From a virus, in IMG/VR virus record IMGVR_UViG_3300027849_000009: 64,000 nt of DNA; one strand, 5' to 3'. Under the pieces are notes generated by a model, which did no database searches, was not told where the DNA came from, and worked only from the letters and a program-made list of their open reading frames with translations. The translations under genes were made by a program, and so were the position numbers. How positions within the stretch are numbered: position 1 is the first letter of the stretch; each line of letters starts with the position of its first letter. Below, one piece after another: positions 1-8,823 of this stretch.

Positions 1-201
1 GTTACTAGTGATGGACCCTACCAGAGAGAGACTAAGGTTTATAAATCTCTTGATGTTGGTACTGGTAATACTGAAAGAAAGGAACGAATGAACTATACTG
101 GCACTCTTATCAAAGGTATTGCTACCATGCATAAGAGCAATGCGGTGCCAATCCTCAATCAACAAGATGCAATAGACATTGCAAACATGAGAAGATCCTG
201 A
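1..201 (+). CDS. Conserved T4-like phage hypothetical protein, 5'-truncated
   Basis: Frame 1 is open from the window edge and ends ...YTGTLIKGIATMHKSNAVPILNQQDAIDIANMRRS*. Confidence 0.75.
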   Translation, partial: VTSDGPYQRETKVYKSLDVGTGNTERKERMNYTGTLIKGIATMHKSNAVPILNQQDAIDIANMRRS

Positions 202-205
202 TATA

Positions 206-385
206 ATGGTAGATTATACACTGAAGACTAACTGGGATTGCCTAGCGACTCTGACGAAAAAGATTGAAGATGATAAGAAGTCCAAAGAGAAAGTGATTTC
301 TTTTGATGGACTTACGTTGACTACCAACAAGTTTACATATACGTTATTTGCTGGTGAATTGAATAGAAAGAAGAGGACTAAATGA
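206..385 (+). CDS. Hypothetical protein (59 aa)
   Basis: ATG at 206, MVDYTLKTNW...RKKRTK*; its stop overlaps the next ATG. Confidence 0.6.
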   Translation: MVDYTLKTNWDCLATLTKKIEDDKKSKEKVISFDGLTLTTNKFTYTLFAGELNRKKRTK

Positions 386-615
386 TGGCAGAACGATATC
401 GCGAAGAAACTACTGATTGGGGTGATTACAAGATAAGCAATCACATATATATTACTATGGGTGAGCAATTGTTAGGTTATATACCCAAAGGCGGTAAAGA
501 GATGCGATTCTCTAAACCGAAGAAGCAATGGTCAGTATCGCGACGAAAGTTTCGTGAACTCACCAAGAAAGAAATAGCGTGGGTAAAAGAAAATGGTAAC
601 ATACCGCAAAGTTAG
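382..615 (+). CDS. Hypothetical protein
   Basis: ORF with GAGGA SD, translationally coupled to neighbours. Confidence 0.7.
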   Translation: MMAERYREETTDWGDYKISNHIYITMGEQLLGYIPKGGKEMRFSKPKKQWSVSRRKFRELTKKEIAWVKENGNIPQS

Positions 616-967
616 TATATTAGCACTAGCAATATTAATATCTGGATGTAATTTATTACCAGACAACTTCGATAATCAAGAGTTTGGTTATCTCGCAGAA
701 CTTCATGTATCTGCATCCGTAACACCAAGTCCCTGTGATCAAGACGAACTAAAAGAAATACATCGTCTAGCATCCGTTCTCACTACATACAGTGAACATA
801 CACTAAATGACAATACCACACTAATCTATAGTGAGATTCAAAGTCTCACGGGTGAGTTGTTGGACAGGGAATCACCTAGTAGAACCTACTGTAAAATGAA
901 ACGAAAGAGTATCCGACAAGTGACTGACACAGCACTATCGGTATTCGGAACGAGGATAAAGAAATGA
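593..967 (+). CDS. Lipoprotein
   Basis: Signal peptide with lipobox ISGC. Confidence 0.75.
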   Translation: MVTYRKVSILALAILISGCNLLPDNFDNQEFGYLAELHVSASVTPSPCDQDELKEIHRLASVLTTYSEHTLNDNTTLIYSEIQSLTGELLDRESPSRTYCKMKRKSIRQVTDTALSVFGTRIKK

Positions 968-1185
968 GTGCATTATTAGACGATTGGGAAAAGAAAGCAG
1001 AAGTTCATATTCATGAGTTGAAGAGTTACTTGGATAATGGTGAACTTGCACAAGATGAATATGACGAGTTAGTAAAAGATGTTGTTGATACATCTACTAT
1101 TGTCGGACTACTTGATACAGAAAACGATCGGATCATTATGGCGAAGATTGCAGAAGGACTAATGGTTCTTGCAGGTGCGCTATGA
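964..1185 (+). CDS. Acidic hypothetical protein
   Basis: ATGA overlap with the upstream gene; GAGGA SD. Confidence 0.7.
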   Translation: MSALLDDWEKKAEVHIHELKSYLDNGELAQDEYDELVKDVVDTSTIVGLLDTENDRIIMAKIAEGLMVLAGAL

Positions 1186-1574
1186 TAAGTAAAATACTGT
1201 TCGGTGTGATACTGAGTGGTTCTATAGGTTTCTATCTGTTCTATACGTTTGCGCATCTACCATTAGTCACTAAGGTGGAGCAACAGCAGTTAGTTCTACA
1301 GGCACAAGAGTTTCGCCAGCAAGAACAGATTGCTACTATAGACGCACTTCAGAACAATCTAACCAAGACTAGTGAAGCACTAAGCACACAGTCGGCACGT
1401 AACTCAGAGATTGAGGGTGAGATGTCTCGATACATGAACATCTTTCGTAGACACAACCTAAGTAAATTAGCGGCAGCAAAACCTGGACTAATTGAACCAC
1501 GTATTAACAAGGGGACCAAGAATGTATTTGACAGCATCGAAAAAGATTCTGCTTTTATCAGCGATCTTAATTAG
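1182..1574 (+). CDS. Inner-membrane spanin (Rz-like)
   Basis: N-terminal TM helix followed by coiled coil; KPGLIEPRINKGT motif; overlaps a downstream lipoprotein gene. Confidence 0.7.
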   Translation: MISKILFGVILSGSIGFYLFYTFAHLPLVTKVEQQQLVLQAQEFRQQEQIATIDALQNNLTKTSEALSTQSARNSEIEGEMSRYMNIFRRHNLSKLAAAKPGLIEPRINKGTKNVFDSIEKDSAFISDLN

Positions 1575-1914
1575 TACAGGTTGTTCGTTACTTCCTCAAG
1601 CACCTAAAGTTATTCCAGTTGAGATTCGTACTATAGAGGTAAAGATACCTATTGTGCATCCTACTCTGCCTCGTGCAATCGATCTGAAAGAACCATACTT
1701 CTATGTGGTATCAGATAAGAACATGGATACGTTTATCGCAGAGATGGAGAAACTAAATGGTACAGTAGTCTTCACTGCAATGACAATTGATGACTATGAG
1801 TTGATGGCATATAACATGCAGGAAATAAAACGCTACATAGGACAGTTAAAGGAAGTTGTGGTATACTACCGAACTATTAATGACGAACCCGAAGAGGTCG
1901 TAGAGGAAAAATAA
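1522..1914 (+). CDS. Outer-membrane spanin lipoprotein (Rz1-like)
   Basis: Starts inside the i-spanin gene in another frame, AAGGGG SD, lipobox STGC, Pro-rich segment then helix. Confidence 0.7.
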   Translation: MYLTASKKILLLSAILISTGCSLLPQAPKVIPVEIRTIEVKIPIVHPTLPRAIDLKEPYFYVVSDKNMDTFIAEMEKLNGTVVFTAMTIDDYELMAYNMQEIKRYIGQLKEVVVYYRTINDEPEEVVEEK

Positions 1915-2369
1915 TGTACGATTACAAAGTAAAAATCGTGAGAGTGGTCGATGGCGATACAGTGGATGTTGATATTGACTTAGGTTTTGGTATCTGGATG
2001 CTTAAAGAACGTGTACGTATGATGGGCATCGACACACCTGAATCACGTACTCGCGATAAGGTAGAGAAGAAGTTTGGTCTTGCCGCTAAGAAACATCTCA
2101 AAGAAATGTTAGGTAAGACAGCGATTCTTAGGACTCAGATCGATAGGTCCGGAGAAGACAAGAAAGGTAAGTTCGGTCGTATTCTAGGGGACTTCGATGT
2201 TCAAGTTGAACCATCTATCGGTCAGTATGATACAATGAAGAGTGCTTGCCAGATTATGATTGATGACGGTCATGCAGTATCGTACTTCGGTGGTAATAAA
2301 GAAGAGAATAAAGCAAAGCATTTAGCGAACCGTGAACGCCTGATTGCCGAAGGTGTTGTCGTTCTATAG
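1914..2369 (+). CDS. Thermonuclease (staphylococcal nuclease-like)
   Basis: RVVDGDT, RVRMMGIDTPE and GKFGRIL motifs. Confidence 0.9.
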   Translation: MYDYKVKIVRVVDGDTVDVDIDLGFGIWMLKERVRMMGIDTPESRTRDKVEKKFGLAAKKHLKEMLGKTAILRTQIDRSGEDKKGKFGRILGDFDVQVEPSIGQYDTMKSACQIMIDDGHAVSYFGGNKEENKAKHLANRERLIAEGVVVL

Positions 2370-2433
2370 ATCGAAAGGTTATATGCATATAACAAAATAC
2401 TCTAAAAATAGTGTTATTAAATCATAATAATGC

Positions 2434-2462
2434 TTGTGGATGTTACTCTCTCGTGTTATAAT
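2434..2462 (+). promoter_or_regulatory. Early sigma70-type promoter
   Basis: TTGTGG-17-TATAAT with TG extension; upstream motif B at 2388-2404. Confidence 0.6.
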
Positions 2463-2493
2463 GGTACCTCATTAGACAGAGAGAGTAACTACC

Positions 2494-3123
2494 ATGTTCA
2501 TGAAGATCGCAGATTCTACCCTTTACGAGATGTACGTAACTAAGCATCAAATCAAGCAGAACAAAGGCGAAGCACGTGGTTCTAAGGACATGGAGCGCAC
2601 CAAGTGCTACGATGCAGAGTGGAGATTCCAACGCTCTGTTCAGATCCCTCTATTCAAGTCTATCGCAGAAGCAGAAAAATTCACTAAGAAAATCTACAAG
2701 TCTAAGTTGTGGGAGAAGATGTGGAAAGAATCTGTCGAGAACAATGTCGGTAGAATCTTCAACAACTATCCTGACGTAGTACAGATGAAGCGCGCCTCAG
2801 GAAGAACTGCTGGTTCTACTAACGGTAAGACTGTATACTTAAATGTCAATTCTGGTTTAGATATGTACACTTTGTTGCACGAACTTGCTCACACTCTTGG
2901 TCACATGCACCACGGACGTTCGTTTCGTCAAGCACTGTTGAAACTTGTAGGACAGTTCATGGGTGCCAAGTTCAAGAAAGTTCTAGCAGAATCATTCAAG
3001 AAAAACAAACTCAAGTGTGGCGATGCTCGTAAAGCAATGTCATTTGAGAACTGGGTTGCTTCTCGTGATCGAATGGAGAAGATTCGTCAAGAGAAAGGAA
3101 TAGGGGAGTTCGCACCATTATGA
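2494..3123 (+). CDS. HEXXH zinc metallopeptidase-like protein
   Basis: LLHELAH...HHGRSF motif. Confidence 0.75.
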   Translation: MFMKIADSTLYEMYVTKHQIKQNKGEARGSKDMERTKCYDAEWRFQRSVQIPLFKSIAEAEKFTKKIYKSKLWEKMWKESVENNVGRIFNNYPDVVQMKRASGRTAGSTNGKTVYLNVNSGLDMYTLLHELAHTLGHMHHGRSFRQALLKLVGQFMGAKFKKVLAESFKKNKLKCGDARKAMSFENWVASRDRMEKIRQEKGIGEFAPL

Positions 3124-3488
3124 GACCAATATGCTTAAATTACGGTTGTGAGAAACTAGTGACCCATAACGGTAGCAGATGGCGATCCTTCTGTGCCCGT
3201 TGTCATCGTGCTGGATATGGTGCCGCGACACTAGCAGAAGGTGTAACTGCATTCAAGACTGGTGTGTGTAGTAATCAGAACGGTCAACTTGGATTCGGAT
3301 GTGCAATCGATTATGTTAAAGCACCGTGGGCATTGGGACAGACTCAGATCGATCATATATCTGGTGACTACTTTCATAACGATCCAATCAACTGTATGGA
3401 ACTATGTGATATGTGCCATACTTACAAGGGTAAACTGTCAGGCGATTTCAAGCGACAGAATAAATATATGTATAAAAAAACGAAATAA
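3120..3488 (+). CDS. HNH-type endonuclease / zinc-finger protein
   Basis: CxxxxC and CxxC pairs; IDHISG...HNDPINCMELCDMCH. Confidence 0.7.
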   Translation: MRPICLNYGCEKLVTHNGSRWRSFCARCHRAGYGAATLAEGVTAFKTGVCSNQNGQLGFGCAIDYVKAPWALGQTQIDHISGDYFHNDPINCMELCDMCHTYKGKLSGDFKRQNKYMYKKTK

Positions 3489-3501
3489 ACTGAGAAATAT
3501 G

Positions 3502-3530
3502 TTGCAATTACATATTACCTATGTTATAAT
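3502..3530 (+). promoter_or_regulatory. Early sigma70-type promoter
   Basis: TTGCAA-17-TATAAT. Confidence 0.7.
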
Positions 3531-3562
3531 AACACTTCATTAATGAGAAAGAGAGATATATT

Positions 3563-4525
3563 ATGAGTCATGAATTAGAGATTGTAAACGGTAAAGCACA
3601 AATGGCATATGCAGGACAAGTTCCTTGGCATGGTCTCGGTACTAAAGTATCTACAGATTTGTCTCCGAGAGAGATGATGGTCGAAGCGGGATTGGATTGG
3701 GGTGTGGAGAAACACTCTGCATTGATCAACGTGCGTGGTGAGTTAATTGAGACGGGTCAGGAAGCACTTATCCGTACAGATACCAATGCTGTACTAACTA
3801 ACGTAGGTAAGAACTGGAATCCTGTTCAGAATAGCGAAGCATTCGATTTCTTTGCTGAGTACTGCGCCGCTGGCGATATGGAGATGCACACAGCGGGTTC
3901 ACTAAAGGATGGGCAAATCACTTGGGTTCTTGCTAAAGTAAATGAGTCATTCGATATCCTTGGTGATGATCAAGTAGATTCGTTCTTGTTACTATCTAAC
4001 CCACATCAGTATGGCAAAGCAATCAATGTTCGCTTCACTCCTATTCGTGTAGTATGTAACAACACCTTGACCTTCTCACTTAGTGCGAACTCAAACAATC
4101 AAGTAACTATGAATCACCGTTCTAAGTTTAATCCTGATGAAGTTAAAGCACATATGGGAATTGCTCACGACAAGTTTGCTCAGTATAAAGAGATGGCGAA
4201 TTACTTAGGACACAAGCAAGCATCATTCGGTGATTTGATTAACTACTTTAACAACGTGTTCCCAGTTGCTAATGCTGCCGCTCGTGAAGCGAAATCATAC
4301 AGTGATTTGTCTCGTACTGCTAAGATAGCGATGGATCAACTTGACACACAACCGGGTGCTGAGTACGGACGCGGATCATGGTGGCAAGCACTTAATGCAG
4401 TGACTTACACAACCGATCACTTGTTGGGTCGCTCTGCTGATACTCGTATGGCGTCTGCATGGTTCGGATCTAATCAAGCGAAGAAAGTCAAAGCAGTAAA
4501 CCTCGCAGTTGAGATGGCATCGTAA
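3563..4525 (+). CDS. DUF932 / TIGR03299-like phage-plasmid protein
   Basis: PWHGLG, VQNSEAF, AGSL.DG and TPIRVVCNNTL motifs. Confidence 0.85.
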   Translation: MSHELEIVNGKAQMAYAGQVPWHGLGTKVSTDLSPREMMVEAGLDWGVEKHSALINVRGELIETGQEALIRTDTNAVLTNVGKNWNPVQNSEAFDFFAEYCAAGDMEMHTAGSLKDGQITWVLAKVNESFDILGDDQVDSFLLLSNPHQYGKAINVRFTPIRVVCNNTLTFSLSANSNNQVTMNHRSKFNPDEVKAHMGIAHDKFAQYKEMANYLGHKQASFGDLINYFNNVFPVANAAAREAKSYSDLSRTAKIAMDQLDTQPGAEYGRGSWWQALNAVTYTTDHLLGRSADTRMASAWFGSNQAKKVKAVNLAVEMAS

Positions 4526-4549
4526 TTAACGCCTGAAAAACGTCTTTAG

Positions 4550-4557
4550 TATAAATA
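4550..4557 (+). promoter_or_regulatory. T4-type late promoter
   Basis: TATAAATA within an RBS-occluding inverted repeat (4539-4587). Confidence 0.8.
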
Positions 4558-4592
4558 TTATAATGATATTCATGTACTAAAGGCGTTGTTTT

Positions 4593-5066
4593 ATGATCGA
4601 TCCTATATCTGCTGTGGCAGTTGCAACATCCGCATACAAAACAATAACTGCAATGCTTTCTGCTGGACGTGAAGTTGAAGATACTCTCGGTCAGTTAGGA
4701 AAATGGTACGGCGCTATCGCTGACTTCAATGAAGCAAAGCGACAAGCAGAAAATCCCCCTCTATTCAAGAAACTATTCTATTCCTCAAGTATTGAACAAG
4801 AGGCGATGAATATGTTCATTCAAGAACGAAAAATCAAAGCACAAGAAAAAGACCTCCGAGAACTATTGACCTTCTGTTTTCCTGGTGACGCATACAAAGA
4901 ATTGACGGATATGCGTAGAAAAATAAGGGATCAGCGAGAGAAAACCCAGTACAAGCAAATTCGCCAGAGACAAGCATTTGTTGCCAATGCAATCAACTGT
5001 ATACTGATTGTTGTTTTAAGTGCTTTTACGTATGGTATATTTTCAATGATTATAAATAACATATAG
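4593..5066 (+). CDS. Membrane-anchored coiled-coil protein
   Basis: Helical body with a C-terminal TM segment. Confidence 0.75.
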   Translation: MIDPISAVAVATSAYKTITAMLSAGREVEDTLGQLGKWYGAIADFNEAKRQAENPPLFKKLFYSSSIEQEAMNMFIQERKIKAQEKDLRELLTFCFPGDAYKELTDMRRKIRDQREKTQYKQIRQRQAFVANAINCILIVVLSAFTYGIFSMIINNI

Positions 5067-5113
5067 ATAAGATAAGATAAACAATTGAATTAAATGAATG
5101 AAAGGTGGAATAA

Positions 5114-5674
5114 ATGAAACATATAATTTGTGTGATGTTAATGGGAATGCTATGCACCATAGCGAATGCACAAGATGCTCCCATTGATGATACTATCAGA
5201 ACAGACTCAGTAACAAACAGTACGGTTGATTCAACATCGAGATCAACTACCACGCTGAACTCTCCTCCTGCTTCTGCAATAACTCCGACTATCAATACGT
5301 CAAACTCTGACTTATGTACGTTCGGTGTTGCGGGTGCAATTCAAACACAGATTCTAGGTATCTCTACTGGCACTCAGGTGACAGATGATAACTGTGAACG
5401 CCTGAAACTTTCGAAGACTCTGTATGATATGGGTATGAAAGTGGCAGCGGTTTCGACGATGTGTCAAGACGAACGAGTATTCAACGCTATGATGATGGCA
5501 GGCACTCCGTGTCCCTACGATGGTATGATTGGATCAGAAGCAAAGGCAGCATGGGAAGTTAATGCTGAAGAGAAACCAGATGCTAAAAAAGAAGAGGAGG
5601 GACTGACTGATGGTACTAAGACATTATTGGGCGGCGCTGGCGTTGCTAGTTTGCTCTTGTTACTCCTACTCTAA
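5114..5674 (+). CDS. Secreted protein with Cys-flanked beta-hairpin and C-terminal hydrophobic anchor
   Basis: Sec signal ending ANA; S/T-rich stretch; C...C hairpin; ends GGAGVASLLLLLL. Confidence 0.75.
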   Translation: MKHIICVMLMGMLCTIANAQDAPIDDTIRTDSVTNSTVDSTSRSTTTLNSPPASAITPTINTSNSDLCTFGVAGAIQTQILGISTGTQVTDDNCERLKLSKTLYDMGMKVAAVSTMCQDERVFNAMMMAGTPCPYDGMIGSEAKAAWEVNAEEKPDAKKEEEGLTDGTKTLLGGAGVASLLLLLLL

Positions 5675-6500
5675 CGATACAGTTTATGGTTCTACGTCGA
5701 ATGCGGCAGCAAATGGTTACAGATGGGTCATGACAAATGTTCTACCTCAACAGTTAGGATTGACTGTTGGTAATGTCATCTATCAATACACTACAGTTAA
5801 GAATACTGATGACGATATGGTTGTCAGTGTACAGAATGAGAATGCGCGAGGCGAAGGTTATATCTTTAGATCAGTAGATGATTGGTCAGGAATACCGGGC
5901 AATAGTATAAATAAAGTCGTTCCTGCAGGCAACATAGACATATCATACTGGGGGAATGGTTCGATAGATTGGACAGGCACTGGTTCTGTTACAGATGCGA
6001 AAGTGATATACACGTATCAGTACGACCCATGTTTTGATCCGCAGACTGATCCCGCTTGCCCAGGATGGATAGCGCCAGTTAATTACAGTATCGAAGACGC
6101 CGAAGCATACGATGCTTTATCTGAAGACTATGTTCAGAATGAACTGGATCGAAAGCAGACTCTCCAAGATGAAGAAGAGGAAGAAGAAGCGGAACGCAAG
6201 GCAAACATTCTAAGAAAGAAAAGAGAGAATGACGAACGACTAGAAGTAATGTTGGGATATGTGAATACATCCCTATTATCTGACGGTCAACTAATTCAGC
6301 ATGAGATGCTAAAGGCGACAAACAATCTGTCGGGTGCGTATTATGCAACTATATCAGGTGGTAATTATCCAGAGACTATTAAGTTGATTGATAAGAAACT
6401 GCCGGATAGTAAGAGTGGTGTCAGAACCAATCTTGCGCAACAAGTGCTACACCAACAGATGGTCGACTCACAATATAATAATAATAACGGAGAACAATAA
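5610..6500 (+). CDS. Secreted protein (beta domain, acidic linker, helical C-terminus)
   Basis: Signal peptide; CFDPQTDPACPG; poly-Glu run. Confidence 0.75.
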   Translation: MVLRHYWAALALLVCSCYSYSNDTVYGSTSNAAANGYRWVMTNVLPQQLGLTVGNVIYQYTTVKNTDDDMVVSVQNENARGEGYIFRSVDDWSGIPGNSINKVVPAGNIDISYWGNGSIDWTGTGSVTDAKVIYTYQYDPCFDPQTDPACPGWIAPVNYSIEDAEAYDALSEDYVQNELDRKQTLQDEEEEEEAERKANILRKKRENDERLEVMLGYVNTSLLSDGQLIQHEMLKATNNLSGAYYATISGGNYPETIKLIDKKLPDSKSGVRTNLAQQVLHQQMVDSQYNNNNGEQ

Positions 6501-6994
6501 TGTTCAAAAAATTAATGTTATCGGTAGCAATTCTGAGTGGCAGTGCAATTGCCCAAGAAGTGCCTATTACTGGCAACGTAGAATCAAAATGTATAGTACA
6601 AACTGATACACTCGGAGTATATGGTAACCCGACTCCTAGTCAACTAACTACATCATCTAATAGTGGCGGAGTAACTCCTATTATTCGTTTCGATGTGATT
6701 CAAGCAAGTTTTTATAAAGCACGAATCACTACACCGAGCGGATTCTCAGAAAGTCCTGCGCTAGATGATGTTGTAACATGGACGGGTGATGTTGCTGTAG
6801 GCGAAGTTTCCGATGCTACTATGTCATCTTATAGCACCAGCAAAGTCGAGTACGATAACACAACTGAAATAGATTTGACAGTTGCGGGCAGTACTTGGTT
6901 TAATATTACATCAACAGCAGACTACGGATATGACACAGCACTTCCTGCTGGCACTTATCGTGCTGTTGTAAGCGCGGAATGTATCGCTCTGTAA
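6500..6994 (+). CDS. Fimbrial/pilin-like secreted subunit
   Basis: Signal ending AIA; N-terminal ITGNVESKC and C-terminal LPAGTYRAVVS, as in chaperone-usher pilins. Confidence 0.55.
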   Translation: MFKKLMLSVAILSGSAIAQEVPITGNVESKCIVQTDTLGVYGNPTPSQLTTSSNSGGVTPIIRFDVIQASFYKARITTPSGFSESPALDDVVTWTGDVAVGEVSDATMSSYSTSKVEYDNTTEIDLTVAGSTWFNITSTADYGYDTALPAGTYRAVVSAECIAL

Positions 6995-7368
6995 TGCGTT
7001 TTTTTGTAATGCTATTATTGATGACTTTAAGCACCTATGTAATAGGTCATCAATGGACTCCAACTTATCCTACGTTGAAGAACTCTTATGTATCTGGGGT
7101 TCTTTCAACTAGGATGGAGTTGTTCAATGCTAGAAAAGAGGTGTTGTATTATCAGATTGGTGTATTTGATACCGACTTCAAAGCAGTGCCATTTGCTACC
7201 TCAGAAAAGATAATAAAGATTGAACACCTTGACCGAAGGACTGTTGACATTTTTATTAGAAATAGAGATAAAAGTAAAGCAGTATATATTTGTTCTAAGT
7301 CTAAGTTGTTAGCAAAGGGATCGGCAACAACCTCTATATCTTCAAGGATATGTTCTAAAATTAAATGA
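6994..7368 (+). CDS. Fimbrial chaperone-like periplasmic Ig-fold protein
   Basis: Signal peptide, early TP motif, alternating beta strands, two C-terminal Cys; adjacent to the pilin-like gene. Confidence 0.45.
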   Translation: MRFFVMLLLMTLSTYVIGHQWTPTYPTLKNSYVSGVLSTRMELFNARKEVLYYQIGVFDTDFKAVPFATSEKIIKIEHLDRRTVDIFIRNRDKSKAVYICSKSKLLAKGSATTSISSRICSKIK

Positions 7369-7378
7369 GTAAATTGTA

Positions 7379-7807
7379 GTGAGAAAGATTTTTATAATAT
7401 TGATGTTAGTAAGTACCGGAGCAATAGGTGAATCTAGTTCTTTGAATCTTGCTATACCTCAATCACAACAGAGTTACCAGTCAGACAGAATACGTGCAGG
7501 GAATATCGAATGTTCTAATGCTATCGGTTCTGCAACTAATGTTGAGTTTGGTGTTGTTGGAATCATTGGAGAGAATGATCCCTACGGTTATAATAATAAC
7601 TCTGGCGCCAGTATGAACACAGGTAGCAATAACGGTATGGTCAAAGATGTCGGTGTGTATGCTAAGATAACGATACCAATCGGTGGACCAAAAGAAAGAA
7701 TAAACTGTAATACTTTGTATCAACTAGAACTAGAAAAGACTCGCTTAGAAGTTCGCAAACTGAAAGCAGAAATACAGAGTATGAAGCAACTAGAATTTGA
7801 TAACTAA
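7379..7807 (+). CDS. Secreted protein with amphipathic beta-hairpin and C-terminal coiled coil
   Basis: Signal peptide; strands NVEFGVVGI and DVGVYAKITIPIG flanked by two Cys. Confidence 0.7.
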   Translation: MRKIFIILMLVSTGAIGESSSLNLAIPQSQQSYQSDRIRAGNIECSNAIGSATNVEFGVVGIIGENDPYGYNNNSGASMNTGSNNGMVKDVGVYAKITIPIGGPKERINCNTLYQLELEKTRLEVRKLKAEIQSMKQLEFDN

Positions 7808-7821
7808 AGGATCAATGTAAC

Positions 7822-8280
7822 ATGGCAGAAGTAGAGTTTGGTGGAGTAACTTTTAGTGGCGGTAAGATGTTTGTCTTACTCTCTGCACTTTCTACTTTGG
7901 GCGGTGCTACATGGGCAGGTTTCGAGTTCTATTCCGACTACATGGATATGAAAGAGATTGTCCAGAACATCGACACTACCGAGATAGCAAACCGAAATGC
8001 TCAGATCGAGATTAAACTTGACGAAGCAATCGACTATTCACGTAGTATCAAGAACGACCTTCGTGATGACTTCAATCGTATGGAAGGTAATGTTGACCGT
8101 ATCGAAGATAAGAATCGTGATATGGAAGATAAAGTAAAGACGATGATTGATCGCGCCAGCGAGAGATTTGACTCAAAGAGAGATAGTCTTCAGAACGATA
8201 CCGAGATTAAAATCAACTCTCTTGAAGATCGAATGAATAAGAAGATACAAACTGTTTTAGATAATCCTCTGGCAGATTAA
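7822..8280 (+). CDS. Membrane-anchored coiled-coil protein
   Basis: N-terminal TM helix followed by long heptad region. Confidence 0.75.
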   Translation: MAEVEFGGVTFSGGKMFVLLSALSTLGGATWAGFEFYSDYMDMKEIVQNIDTTEIANRNAQIEIKLDEAIDYSRSIKNDLRDDFNRMEGNVDRIEDKNRDMEDKVKTMIDRASERFDSKRDSLQNDTEIKINSLEDRMNKKIQTVLDNPLAD

Positions 8281-8284
8281 AGTA

Positions 8285-8572
8285 ATGCAAGTAACAGATA
8301 GAGCAAGAGAGAAACTCCAAAACTTCTTAGAACAACGGAGTAAAGGTTGCGGTGTGTTCGTAACAGTTAAAACAACTGGATGCTCTGGGTATGCATATCA
8401 TTTAGAATTTGCAAATGACCAAGATAGTCTTATCGAAGTAGACCCCAAATACAAGTATATGTTCGAAGGAGTCATTCTTGATTATGTCAAGCAGGGTCTT
8501 AATGAAGGATTCGAATTTGACAATCCTAACGAAAAACACAAATGCGGTTGTGGTGAATCTTTTACCGTATAA
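8285..8572 (+). CDS. iscA: A-type Fe-S carrier protein (IscA/HesB)
   Basis: TTGCSGYAY and C-terminal CGCGESF motifs. Confidence 0.92.
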   Translation: MQVTDRAREKLQNFLEQRSKGCGVFVTVKTTGCSGYAYHLEFANDQDSLIEVDPKYKYMFEGVILDYVKQGLNEGFEFDNPNEKHKCGCGESFTV

Positions 8573-8581
8573 AAATAACAC

Positions 8582-8610
8582 TTGACATTCCTTATAAATC
8601 CTAGTATAAT
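8582..8610 (+). promoter_or_regulatory. sigma70-type promoter
   Basis: TTGACA-17-TATAAT. Confidence 0.75.
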
Positions 8611-8728
8611 GCACTTAACGCTTTTATGAATACTAAATATTATCTTTTCAACAAATATCGCAAATACCAATTCTATCTTGAGAGAAAGGGTAATACTATA
8701 GATGTATATGTTTAGTACTATAAATCCT

Positions 8729-8795
8729 ATGAATGATGACTATTCATGAGATAAATGGTAATTAGGTTGACGATGTTGTGATATCATGATATAAT
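8729..8795 (+). promoter_or_regulatory. Early promoter cassette with palindromic motif A
   Basis: ATGAAT-N7-ATTCAT (8729-8747), 19 nt gap, TTGACG-17-TATAAT. Confidence 0.8.
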
Positions 8796-8823
8796 AACAC
8801 TATATTAACCAATTGAGAAAATT

